Source: Chiloscyllium plagiosum
Taxonomy: Eukaryota
Direction: 5' to 3'
NCBI RefSeq assembly: GCF_004010195.1
Contig: NC_057718.1
Location: 20,040,351-20,104,350 of the forward strand
DNA length: 64,000 bases
Both the position numbers and the translations under genes were made by a program. The notes under the pieces are model-generated. The model ran no database searches. It worked only from the letters and a program-made list of their open reading frames with translations, and was not told the origin of the DNA. Positions 36,090 through 48,074 of this stretch are shown one piece after another; the first letter of the stretch is position 1; each line of letters opens with the position of its first letter.

Positions 36090-36425
36090 AAGCACTTTTT
36101 GAATTCACTGTTGTTTTGTACGAGAAGTTGCCAGTTTTCACATAGCAAGCTCCCACAAATAGCAATGTTGTAATGCTGGGATAATTCACAAAGGGACAAA
36201 TATTGACTAGGACACCAGGAGAGCTTCAATATAGCTTCTTTAAAACAATACGTGGAATCCTTCAAATTCACTTGACAAGACAAACGGGGCTTCAATGGTC
36301 AATGTCTCATCAAAAAGATGGTACTTATAATAGGACAGCATTCCCTCACCCCTGCAGAGTAGCAGTAGCAGCATAAACTTTTGTGCTCAAGTCTCTGGAA
36401 TGACAGTTCCTTCCACTGAACCAAA
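36090..36425 (-). mobile_element. Deu-domain-type SINE (SacSINE1/AmnSINE1-like)
   Basis: aatgtctcatcaaaagatggtac...gacagcattccctca resembles the reverse complement of the Deu-domain as recalled; related copies at 54740-55020 and 39820-39990. Confidence 0.55.
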
Positions 36426-36688
36426 GCCAACAATTACTGATTAGTGACTACAGCAAAAGGTTAACGTACTTCAAATACTTGCTGCTACCATATTATCATC
36501 CCAATAACACTTGTAAGTTACTAATAGAAGCAATAAAGAAATAATGCAAGTTCAAATTTTAAGCCTTTTCAATTCCTTGCCCCCCACCATAAGTAACTCA
36601 TTTGCTAATTAAGAGTATTTCACATATTCCAATAAAGTAAAAATCATATTTTTTAAATATACACAAAAATAGAAGAGAAATTCCTTAC

Positions 36689-36849
36689 CATTGACTTTAC
36701 CTAAACCAGGAGCCTTGTTTTTCAATAAAGTGACTTGAATCTGTGGAATGTTTGTGATGTTTGAACTCAAGACAAATTTGAAGTCCACATGTCCGACCAT
36801 GCAAGCTTTGGGCAAAACCAGCTCGAAGACATGTTCCTCCCAGCTGGTG
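36689..36849 (-). CDS. BIRC6: BIRC6 coding exon (161 bp; TSWEEHVFELVLPKACMVGHVDFKF...KNKAPGLGKVN)
   Basis: caatag| and G|gtaag boundaries; in ORF 36609..36920. Confidence 0.96.
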
Positions 36850-37989
36850 CTATTGAAACAAAAGTTATACAGATGTGTGTGAAAATATAAAGTTGTTGTG
36901 TAGAAAATTGCATTTCCCAAATGCTGATATCCCAGAAGCCAAAATCAATTAAGTTATGTAATTATAAAACACTGGCAATTTTATCCTATATCTCAAAACT
37001 CTAATTATCAGAAAAAAATCTGGTGAGGCAGTTTAGAAAATAAGCTCCAGTGAATACAAATAAAAACCCGCATCTTTTACTTAGCTTTGGTACACAATTA
37101 AGAATGGAAAGGTAGGGGTTCAATAATTGAGTATGGGCTAAATGCCTTCTGAACTCCTTCCATCTGAATATTCCTGTTCTTTAAAAAAAATCTCTGCTGC
37201 TCCAGTTTTTAATACGTCAAAATTCATCAAGGTTCACAGAAGATAGCATTCATCTACATAAAGACCCGAAAATTGAATTGAAGGTTTTTGCCTATAAACA
37301 CAATGATTTGAGGGAAGTGATAACAATCAAATAGGAAGAGAGAATTTGCACAAAGATAATCAGTTAATATGGAATGAGGATTCTTTGCAGCCCGCTTCAA
37401 CAGTTTCAAAGATTGAAACAGTGTGCGCTGTGACCACATGGTAAGAAATTAATAATTAAACCCTTAGTTAGAAGTACCTAAGTTCTGTCACAGCAACAGT
37501 ACCTGCATCGAAGTACTTTAGTAAGAAAACAAAAAAATGTTGCCAAAGGAAGTGAGAGGATATTACAAGATGGCCAAAATCTTAGAAACGGTGGGTTTCT
37601 TGGAGGAGAGTGTGGGATTTCCTGCAAGAATTCTAAAGCATATACACAAGTATATACACTGCAAGACACAAGATAGGAGAGTGCAAACAGTGCTAAGCGC
37701 CAGGGTCAGTGCCTTTAGGGAGGTCCTCTTGGGCAGTACAGTTTCTCTACCAAGCAGCAACCAGAGCAAAGTTGTCCATATATGTAAGTAACAGATTGAA
37801 TCTGCGAGGAGTTTCAATTTCAGAACTGCCTAAGCTCAAGAGCTACAATATGGAAAAAATGCACTGAACGCTATTGAATTGTTAAATTTAAATCTTGGAT
37901 TGTGAACTGACAAGCAGTGAATAGTGTATTCACTACCTGATTAAAATATTTCAATTTTGCACATATGCAATGGAAACATATTAACTATG

Positions 37990-38270
37990 AACTCACCAGT
38001 CTGCAAAAGGTGTATTGAGAGAGATTGCTTTCTTAAAAAAGATGTAGAAGCTTGTATCAGTTATTTTGAAAATGACTTTTTTGCTAACATATGCCTCGTT
38101 TTGTACCAATTTAAATATTGTGACATCTAGGAAATTCATATTTAACTTGTACGTAGTAGCTTTAATTTTAGTGGGGGGGGGGGGGGAAGAGGGTTGATAA
38201 TTGAGTATTTTGATGAATTCTTCTAATTCTGTTTGTGTGAGCCCAAATATAACACTGATAAATTCAAATA
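37990..38270 (-). mobile_element. Penelope-type reverse transcriptase fragment (thumb region)
   Basis: ORF 37993..38301: IFGLTQTELEEFIKILN...IKAT...NFLDVTIFK...VIFKITDT matches the PLE RT pattern F...LN...IKFT...FLDV.I...VY.KPTDT. Confidence 0.6.
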
Positions 38271-39083
38271 CATAAGTGACTGTACTAAGTGATTGTATCA
38301 TGTGTTACAGTATTCTATAAACTCCAAAGCATATCAAAAAAGCACTTAACAAAAGCTATTGATAAAAGTGGCGACAAGGGTGGGTAAGAGGGCCTTGTAG
38401 GAGAAGCCACCTGGGCCCATGATTTCTCTGGTCCTGTATGGCAGGCCAAAAGTAGTTTTGGCAACAAAAAGATACATTAAAAGGAGATTTCAATAGCTTT
38501 ACGGCGTTATAAAGCTACAAAAGCAGAAGAGCATGGAAAACTCAAGGCTTTAAATTTCAAACTCCAGAAAAGTAGAAACCAATGTCAATCACTAAGTTCA
38601 GAATCCTGGGTGCAAAGGTAAGGTTCCTTCAGTACAAAATTTGGTCAAACAGAATATTTTGGAGGATGGTGACCAGGACATTGGTTTCCTTGAAACTGGA
38701 GATAACAAAAATACGGATAAGGACTTAAATAACACATGGTGTAGATAGGGTGGAGATGGGCAATATTATGCAAGTAGAAGTAGATACATCGTTGTGGTGG
38801 AGAATAGTGACTCAGTTAGTATACTGAAGTTGGAAAATCAGGTGTGCTCTGAGCAATTTGCAGAAAGGGTACAAAGCTTGTGATTGGGGCAGGATAATGA
38901 CTTCAAACTTTGACTGGAAGAAACTGCATTTCATCAAGGCTCTTGTCTGACAACAATGGTATGCAGTAATTCAAAATTATTTAAATGGTACTGATAATAC
39001 TTAATTTATAATGTTCAAGTGTGGTAGTCAATTTATGTTCATTTTACAGATTGGAAAGGCAGATTTGCTCAAACTTGCCATAC

Positions 39084-39309
39084 CTGTCTGATTGGAGCTT
39101 CCACGTGCGAGTATGCTGTGCTGCATCTCCATGGTGCTGTTGGTGCAGGTGCTGTGGATGTCGCCTCTGCTGTTGCTCCTGCTGAACCTCCACCCAACAG
39201 GGAGGGACAGTGGCTGAAAATCGTGGGGTCAAAGTCTCAAATCGAGTGAGCTCCACCAGTGATGTCAATACGTCAGCAGTGAAAGGCTGGTCCACCAATA
39301 AATCAACCC
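39084..39309 (-). CDS. BIRC6: BIRC6 coding exon (226 bp; VDLLVDQPFT...RFETLTPRFSATVPPCWVEVQQEQQQRRHPQHLHQQHHGDAAQHTRTWKLQSD)
   Basis: ttgcag| and AG|gtatg boundaries; peptide near-identical to recalled vertebrate BIRC6. Confidence 0.97.
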
Positions 39310-39379
39310 CTGCAATCAAGAATGATTAGGTCAAATAAATTTAGCAGCAACTCCTTTTCGATCCTAGCCTCCCATAGAG

Positions 39380-39740
39380 AGAGACTTTTTACTTCATCAG
39401 ATGCAGATGTTGTTACCTGCCATCCATCCCTAACTGCCATCAAGATAAGATGTCACAGTTTGGTTTAATTGAATGGCTTGCTAGATCATTGGCAGCGAAC
39501 AGTTAAGAGAGTCAACCTCATTGCAGTGGGTTGGAGTTACATGCAAGCCAAACCAGGTAAGGATTGCAAATTTCCTTCCCAAAACAAGAGAGCAGTGAAC
39601 CAGATCAGTAAAACAGTGTGCAATAGCTCTGTGGCGCCATCACTGATGAACTAAATTTACATCCTACAACAGTGATGGGATTTAAACTCATGTACCCACA
39701 GCGTAAATGTGGGCATCTGACAGTACCATGGCATAATGGA
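39380..39740 (-). mobile_element. tRNA-derived SINE
   Basis: Similar to 31330-31880; tail (tgccatccatccctaactgcc) shared with the LINE 3' end at 43030. Confidence 0.6.
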
Positions 39741-39819
39741 TAAGGCACCTGCCTTTGGTAAGGTTCATGATGTTACCAGAAGATTGCAAGTTCAATTTCT
39801 GCGGTTGTTTCATGACATC

Positions 39820-39990
39820 AGCTGTGGCTTAGTTAGAGGCAGTGCTCCTTCCTCTGAAACAGAAGGTTGTGGTTTCAAGTCCCATACCAGCATCTTGAAC
39901 AGTATATCTACAATGCTGCTCCAGAAAAGAGGGTTATCCCACTTACAGAGGCAGAACTTTTTGATGAGATGTCAACCCTGCTTCTTTTAG
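39820..39990 (+). mobile_element. Deu-domain-type SINE 5' part
   Basis: tRNA-like head gctgtggcttagtt...ggtttcaagtccc followed by tttttgatgagatgtcaacc. Confidence 0.5.
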
Positions 39991-41091
39991 GACTCAGGTG
40001 GTGCAGGGGTGATGTCTGTATCCTTGAGCCAGAAGGCTCAAGTTCAAGTCGCATCTTCTGCATTGCCACTACATATTTGAAGTTGACTAAAAATACTGGA
40101 TTTCTGGATTACTTGTCCAATGGCATCACCATCTCTCCTGAATGCTGGCCATGAGAGCCTAAATATCACTTTTGCTCAGAATTATTTTGGACTATCCGCA
40201 AGTAGCACCACGAAAGAAAATCATACTTGTCCAGCCAATTTTCAAGACGATTCCCACCCCCCCTTCCCAAGAGAACCATCCCAATACACATTAAAAAAAT
40301 GTCACAGGCATGCTGAATCCTACTGACTCAATGTCACATCCTGGTTTTAATATATCCTCATAACAGTACAACTGGCTCCAAGGAATGAAATTAAAACTCA
40401 ATTTATAATCTCAAGACAAATACTTTCATTTTGGTATACTGTAAATTTGCCTCAATATTCAGGGATTTCCAATTAGTAATTATATACAACTGGAAAATGT
40501 TCACTTTTTTAAATTAAACCAATGAAGTTTTGAGTAAAATCTAATTAAGTTTGACTTATGAAAGTCTCAAGAGCACATGATTATAGATTCAAATAATCTC
40601 ACGTTCAAAATAAATTTATAGTTGAATGAAAACTCAAAAAGTATCCTCAAATAATGATATTTTGTTGCTGAAGGCAACAATAGATGTGCAGTTTGGTGAC
40701 TTTTACAACATGACTCACTTTTGTGAAAATATGGCAAAAAAGTGAAGGCGCTGATACACCAATCTGAAACTTCTGTACCATCAAGAGTCTTATTCTGACT
40801 CCATTTGTTTATTCAAAAAACTGCATATTTAGGAAGTTTGTTTACTGTATAAGGATGTGAGTATCACAAAAAATAAACTAAATGAGCATGGACAGGCAAA
40901 GCATGGAATGACGCTGACAACCCTTTCCCAAAATTGTAGAGTACAAATTATTGAGTAAATACTTAGAACATTTTCAATGAATTCAGTCCTCAGTGAAAAC
41001 AAACTTCTGCCAATTAACTCAAAATGCTTTCCAATAGTCCAATAGCAAATATTCAATTGCTTCCAGCACCACCTTGCTTACCCATGCTTAC

Positions 41092-41241
41092 CTGTAATTC
41101 CAGGACTGGATGGGTTAGATGTGTGTCTGCTTCCTTCAGACAACTGATCTACTCCTTTAGGAAGGTTGCCATCCACAAATAAATCTGTTTCATCTGCATC
41201 TTCACCAGTTCCTCCAATCTGGAGGAAATGAAGTTCTCCAC
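41092..41241 (-). CDS. BIRC6: BIRC6 coding exon (150 bp; GELHFLQIGGTGED...SNPSSPGIT)
   Basis: taaaag|GT acceptor, CAG|gtaagc donor; in ORF 41078..41299. Confidence 0.94.
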
Positions 41242-41624
41242 CTTTTAGTTTAGAAAAAAATAATTTTATCATAGCACATTCCTCAGTTCCAATTCCCAAT
41301 TGAGGGTCAAATTAGTTTGACCTGCAAAGAACTTTTAATGGAAACATTCATCGCCATTCCTCAACCAATCTGAACACATGCACAAGTATAAACTGCAATT
41401 CTGCTATCAAGGATTAACCTTGATCCCAATTAATTTTGTTACCAATCCCTATTCTATAAAGATTATGATCATAATGTACTTGATGACAATAATCATTAAT
41501 TTTCAAAAAATGCATGCCAAATATAACCCTTCCGATAGTAGGCAATTATTTTTATTCAAACCAACTGACTGTTTTGTTTAACATAATTAATTATAAAATA
41601 TAACCAAGAAAACTAGATTACTCG

Positions 41625-42170
41625 AATCAGAGTCATACAGCATGGAAACAGACCCTTCAGTCCAACTCGTCCATGCCAACCATAATCCCAAATTAAACTA
41701 GACCCTTTTGCCTGCTCCTGGCCCATATTTCTTCCAAACCTTTCCTTTTCATGCACTTATCCAAATGTCTTTTAAACATTGTAACTGTACTCATGTCCAC
41801 CACTTCCTCTGGAAGTTCCTTCTACACGTGAACCACCCTGTGTAAAAAATTTGCCCCTTTTTTTTTTAAAAAAAGTCCCTCTCTCCTCAGCTTAAAAATG
41901 TGTCCCCTAGTCTTGAAATCCCCAATCCTAGGGGAAAGACAACTCCCATTAACCCTATCTATACCCCTCATTATTTTATAAACTTGTATAAGGATGCCTC
42001 TCAACCTCGTACGCTTGTGTAAAAAGAAATCTCAGCCTATCTTCATAACTCAAACCTTCCATACCTGGCAACATCCTGGTAAATCTCTTCTGAACCCCCT
42101 CCAGTTTCATAATATCTTTCCTTTAACTTGACAACCAGAACTGGACACAGCATTCCAGAAGAGGCCTCAA
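41625..42170 (-). mobile_element. CR1 LINE 3' fragment
   Basis: ORF 41822..42004 (VYKIMRGIDRVN...TRGHIFKL) plus reverse-complement 3' UTR. Confidence 0.9.
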
Positions 42171-43029
42171 TTTTACTGTCTAGGCTCAGGTTAAGAACTC
42201 AAGCTCCATTCCATTTCATTATAAGCATAAAACAAGTACAGAGGTTGTTAAATGGTACTTAACTTGTATATCTCCAATTGCAATTTAACATCCAGGCAAA
42301 GGGATGCTCTTATCCACTATACATTAGCAACACATACTTCATACAACAATGTTGCTTTTTAAACAGATTATCCAAACTGATCTTTCTTAATGAGCCACAA
42401 AAAAGGACCACTCCACCATTCTCTCAAATAATCAAGATCAAATCCAAATGTACCATCATATTCTAATGTGTAACTCCCTCTAAGTGAAAAAGATGTTTTT
42501 CCAATAGTAGCATGACACAACTGATACTGAAATAAATTCAGAATTGATATTTTCAAAACAACAGGAATCAATTCCAGCCACTTGCACATAGATCAAAGGA
42601 CTGAGTTCTTTGGGTGGTTACAAAAATGTCTCAGCTCCTTTTGGACTTAACCACAGTGAACAGAAATTTGAAAATGCAGTTACAAGAATCTTAAGAGATT
42701 ACTACTTTGGGCAGTTTCAGTCTAGGCAGAAATGGATGGCACTGCAAACTGCCCATTACTAAACGTGAAAGAATTTCTTAGATTTTTACACTTAATGCAA
42801 TCTCAAGTCACTGATTTTCACAAGGAGAATTCTCAAACAAGAGCTGCTTCATTGGAACTCTTCTTGACAAATAAATCTATTAATTCATTCGTTTGGTACT
42901 TGAAATTGCATACATGCCTTGGGTATCAAATAACAATAAACTAAAAGGACTCATGATGAGCTACCAAATCCCAATGAACTTTATTTTCAACAATGTACTG
43001 GAGCAAATGGATTTCTGTTTAATTTATTT

Positions 43030-43470
43030 ACACTGGATGGGGGCATTGCTGGCTAGGCCAACATTTATTGCCCATCTCTAATTGCCCTTGTAAAGGAGCT
43101 ATTAGCTGCCTGCTTGAAGTCAAGCAGTCCTCGATCTGTAGGAACATCCATAATGCAGTTTGGAAGCCTCAGAGTTTGAACCAGCAGAAGTAAAGAGAGG
43201 CAATACAGTTCCAAGATAGGATGGTGTGATGCTTGAAGGGGAACATGCAGAGGTTGGTATTCTCATCCATCTGTTCCCATTTTCCCTTTCGGTGGCAAAG
43301 GTCTTGGATTTGAAAGAGTCTGGGTGAGTATCTGTAGTGCATCTTGTAGATGCTACACAGTGCTGCCACTGTGCATAAGTGGTAAAGGGAGTGAATACCA
43401 AGTGATGGCTGGGTGCCAGTCAAGTGGCCTGCTTTGTCCTGGTTGGTATTGCAAGTATTGCTGGATCATC
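43030..43470 (-). mobile_element. LINE (CR1/L2 group) 3' fragment
   Basis: ORF 43169..43423 HSLYHLCTVAALCSIYKMH is a typical ORF2 C-terminal motif; tail gggcaattagagatgggcaataaat on the minus strand. Confidence 0.65.
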
Positions 43471-45117
43471 TGAAAGCACAGAAAACTGTTTCGACTTGCT
43501 TGTGCTCTATTCTCCAGCAAATACCTATCTCCTTCTCAAATCACCACCTGCCTGGTTTCTCCACGGTGAAACATATTTTAAAAAACATAAAAATGTTTCC
43601 AAATACAAGTCTGAAAACAAGAGAAATCTGCAACAAAATATTTCAACATTCATATATGGAGCAAATTGTACAATTAAGGACATAAAGACTGATGCAGAAG
43701 TTATTGAAAAGTTTGCTCTATTTTCTATAGAAAAGTTGCAAGCTGTTGTGAAAACTTAATGGTGAACTCTTAAGATAAATCTGACAATTAAATTGTTTAT
43801 TAACTTCCCTTCCTTGTCAGATCATGGAGGCACTTGATCATTGTCCCACCATCCCATAAACAGATCAGATTTATACTCTTCCTTCTTTCCTTGAGGCACA
43901 TGCTGTCATTTCACACACTTCTTCAGCACTGTTAATAGATCCAGCCACTCAGAGTTTGCCCATTGCCGTTCCTTTCAGTTCCATCCCTACCTTATGTACT
44001 GAATGGTCAACGCATGCTCCATGATGAGAGGTGGGAATTTCTGATCTTGTAAAGTAAAATTGGAAATTCCAACCAACAATATGCAGAAATATTTTACTTT
44101 CTAGAACTACACCAGAACAAAGTGGAAATCAGGAAAGGCAATGTCTCTACAAGCCATGGCACAATACTGGACAACTGCCTGAGGGCAATGTGATTTGTCA
44201 CCATCACACAATATCAACAGCTGCAGTTTTCCAGTGATCTGGGGCAATAAGAAACAGACAATATAGATCACTCACATACTTCAAATGCAATTCCTTGTAA
44301 AATAGGCTTCATGAACATGGACAATCTTATTTGAGATAAAGGAGAACATAGCTTTTTGAAGGATCTTTGATAATATCCTGCATAATGCTAAGAAAAATGA
44401 TTAAGACTGATCAAATGAATTGGAAATTAGCTCGATGGATTTAAAGTAAGTGCAACAGCAGCTAGTACATGGCAAAATAATGGATAAAACCTTGTTTTGA
44501 AGAATGTCTCAATTTCTTCAGTTTTTTCTACAATACACAATTCTGTAGCTATTTAAACTAGAAGAACAAGTGTGCTGACGCCACTAGGTTACACATCCAG
44601 CTCAAAAGCAAAAGACAATTAAATGGGATCTGAACTTTTAGAATTCATAGTTAAAGCAACATTAGATAGATTTTCTTGTGGAAAAATGCAAATATATTGC
44701 ACAATGGAGTAGGAAATTGGTCAGGAAATGAAGGAACATGTCTGCACAAAAATGGAATAGGATTAAAGAGCGGCTGACAACCAAAGAAAGCTTGCGGTCA
44801 AGGCATACAATTATGGATGGGGTTGCACATCAAGGGCTAATGAAGAAACCTGGTTAATCATATCATGACCAGAATCTAAAGTCAATACATATCAAACTAT
44901 GCATCAGAAAGCTAGCTTTATATAGAGCTCTTGTAACTTCATCTGTAAGTGTGTCACCTGTGTTCAAGTGGAAAAATTAAACAAGTTCAGACCCATCCCG
45001 TATGACAGAAATTCCCTGATAATTTATAAATTGTGTCCTGAAATGGCATAGTCTGTGCGAAACACAAGAAAACAATGCAGGAAAGAATTCACATAGGCGA
45101 AGAGAGAAAAATCAATG

Positions 45118-47420
45118 AAGAACAAAGAACAAGAACAAGAGCAGGCTCTTCGAGGCTGCTCTGCCATTCAATAAAATCATGACTGATTTGATTTTAACCC
45201 CAAATTTTATTCCTGCGTATCCTTGATTTTCATTCCCATAATCAAAAATATCTCTACCTCTGCCTTAAAACTGTTCAAAGATTCTGCATCAACTGCCTTT
45301 TGAGGAAGAGCACTCCAAAGACTCTCAAACCTCAAAGAAAAATGTTTCCTCGTCGGTCTTCAATAGGCAAACCTTATTTTTAAACTTTGACCTGTAGTCC
45401 AAGATTATTTCCTTTCCACTCCGATCAGGTCAAGAACCTCAGGATTACCTAGCAAATCACCTCCTACTCTTCGTAATTCCTACAAATTAGCCTCCATTTG
45501 CTTAAGTCCACTTCAAATATGTTTCAATTAAATCACTTTTAACTCAAAATTCAGAGGTAACAGCCTGTCTAGTATTTCCTCAGAAAGCAACCCAGGTATA
45601 AAGCCTTCTCTGACTGTTTCCAATGCATTATCATCCTTCCATAAGTACAGTAAGCATCAATCCAGTTGTGGTCTTGCTAATGCCCTGCATAAGTGAAACA
45701 TAATCTCCCTCCTCTTGAATTCAACTCCCCTTGCAATAACACAACCTTCTATTAGCTTTCCTGATTACTTGTTCTACCTGTATATTAATCTTCTGCAACT
45801 CATGCACTAAGACACCCAGATCTCCCTGCTCTGAAATCTCTCACCATTTAGACAATATAGTTGTTTATTTTTTCTGCCAAATGGAAACTTATCACTTTCT
45901 CAAACTGGACTCCATGTGCCAGATCTTTGTCCACTCACTAAACCTACTGATATACCCTTGTAGGGTCTTTACGCCCTCTTCCCAACTCATTTCTCTCCCG
46001 ATCTTTACAAATTTAACTACCATACCTTTTAGTCCCTTCATCCAAATCATTTATATAAATTAGGAGCAGCTTAGGCCCCAGTACGAACCCCTTAAGGCAC
46101 ACCACCCATGACACTTTACCAGCTGAAAGAGACTCCGTTATTCCTACTCTCACATTCTTGTTAGCCAACTAATCTTCCATCCATGTTACCCCCAACACCA
46201 TGAACCTCTAATTTCCCAATAACTTCTGATGTGGTACCTTATCAAATGGTTTCTGAAAATTTAAGTAGAATATATGCATTGACTTCCCTTTATCTACAAA
46301 AGTTACTTGTTCAAAGAGCTCCAACAAATTAATTAAACATGATTCCCCTTTGACAGAACCAAGTTGCCTCTGCCTTATTACCTTTAACTAATCCAAATGC
46401 CCTGTTATAACATTTTTAATTATAATTTCCAACATTTTCCCTTTGACAGATGCAAAGCTAACTGGTCTGTAGTTTTCTGCTTTCTACCTTCATCCTTTTT
46501 TGAACAAAAGAAATACATTTGTTATTTTCCAATCTAAAGGAAACTTGCCTGAATCTAATGAGTTTTTAAAAATTAAAAACCATTACGTCAACTATCTCAC
46601 TGGCTACTTCTTCTAAAACGATAGGATGAAAGGACTTGTCAACCCGCAGCTCCAATTTACTTAGTACAACTCCCTAGTAATTGTAATTTTGTGTTCCTCA
46701 CTCCCTTGCAATTCCCAATTTTCAGCTATTTCAGGGATGCAACTCTTATCTTCTCTGGTAAAGGCCAACACAAAATATCTGATCAATTTGATTGCCATTT
46801 TCCTATCCTCCATTACTGATCTCCCAGACTCAGTTTCTATATGACCAGTACTTACTGTGTTAACTGTTACCTTTTTCAAACATCTGAAGAGTTATTTTTT
46901 TACATTTTTATCTAACTTTCTCAATTTTCTCTTATTACTCTTGTAATAGTTCATTAATGTTTTCTTATACTTTGTCCAATCTTCTGACCTGCATTTATCT
47001 TTGCACAATTAATATTGACTTTTTAAAGAAAATTTAACCACAGATAGCATTTCTGTCCTTTGAATTTTTTCTCATTTCTTAGAATGTACCTATTCTGTGC
47101 TTTCCAGAATATCCCCCTAAATGTTTTGCACTGTCTTCCTTCACCCAAATAGCCAGTTCACTTTTGGTTAGTTGTTTTCAAGCCCTCATAATTGCCCTTG
47201 GTTAAATTAAAAAGTAATTTTGAACCCATTCTTTTCTCCCATAAATTGCATGTAAAGTTCAATCGTATTATGGTCATTGCTACCCAGTTGTTCTTTCAAT
47301 GCGAGGTCAGTAATTAATCTAATTTCACTGGTCAAAACACAATCTAGTATACAGCCTGCTCTCGAGCTGAAGCTGTAATATGCTGGTCTGAGAAACTATC
47401 CTGAAAACATTCAATGGATG
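45118..47420 (-). mobile_element. Old decayed CR1 LINE (sense to BIRC6)
   Basis: (gaacaa)n tail at 45120-45140; reverse-strand RT remnants (FDKVPH at ~46228-46245; YRPVS at ~46457-46471). Confidence 0.8.
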
Positions 47421-48074
47421 TTATTTAAACACAATGAGTATGGTCTTTCTCAACAAGTGTTCAGAGTTTTTAACATGGCGGTAGAGTTGGGCAATGACTA
47501 AGAATGATTTTTAAGGTGAAACTTTAATTCTTGCCCAATTGACAGAATCTGAGAGGGAGGACTAGCCTCTAGCTGAATAGCAACAGCATCGAACAGTCTA
47601 GACAGTCATTAACTGGCATGCCTCAAAACATTAAGCTAACTAATTCTACTGCAAGAGACGTGAAGTGGAGGTGGAGTAGAGTGAAAAATACGGAAAATAG
47701 GCTGATAAGAAAGGAAACATATTAATCATGTTCATACTAATCCATGAAGCCAACAATTCAAGCAGCACAGACTTAAGTATAGGCTTATGGCTATTAGTGG
47801 AAAAAATAAATTTGGGGGTTTGAGGTAAATGGACCCAGTTTTGGTTCCAAAATTACAAAGAACTTCAAACCAAATATAAAATCAAAAACCCATATGCAAA
47901 CAAATAAAATAATAATTTGAATCAGAGGGCTTAGAAGATAGTTTTGAATTTCTCAATTTAAAGCAGAACTTCTCAGACCTTTTGACACTAACTTCATTTG
48001 CAATCAACACTTCACCAAGAACTGCAAGCACAAGGAAGGGGGGGTGTGACTTGGTGTTTAGTTTTATTTTTAAA

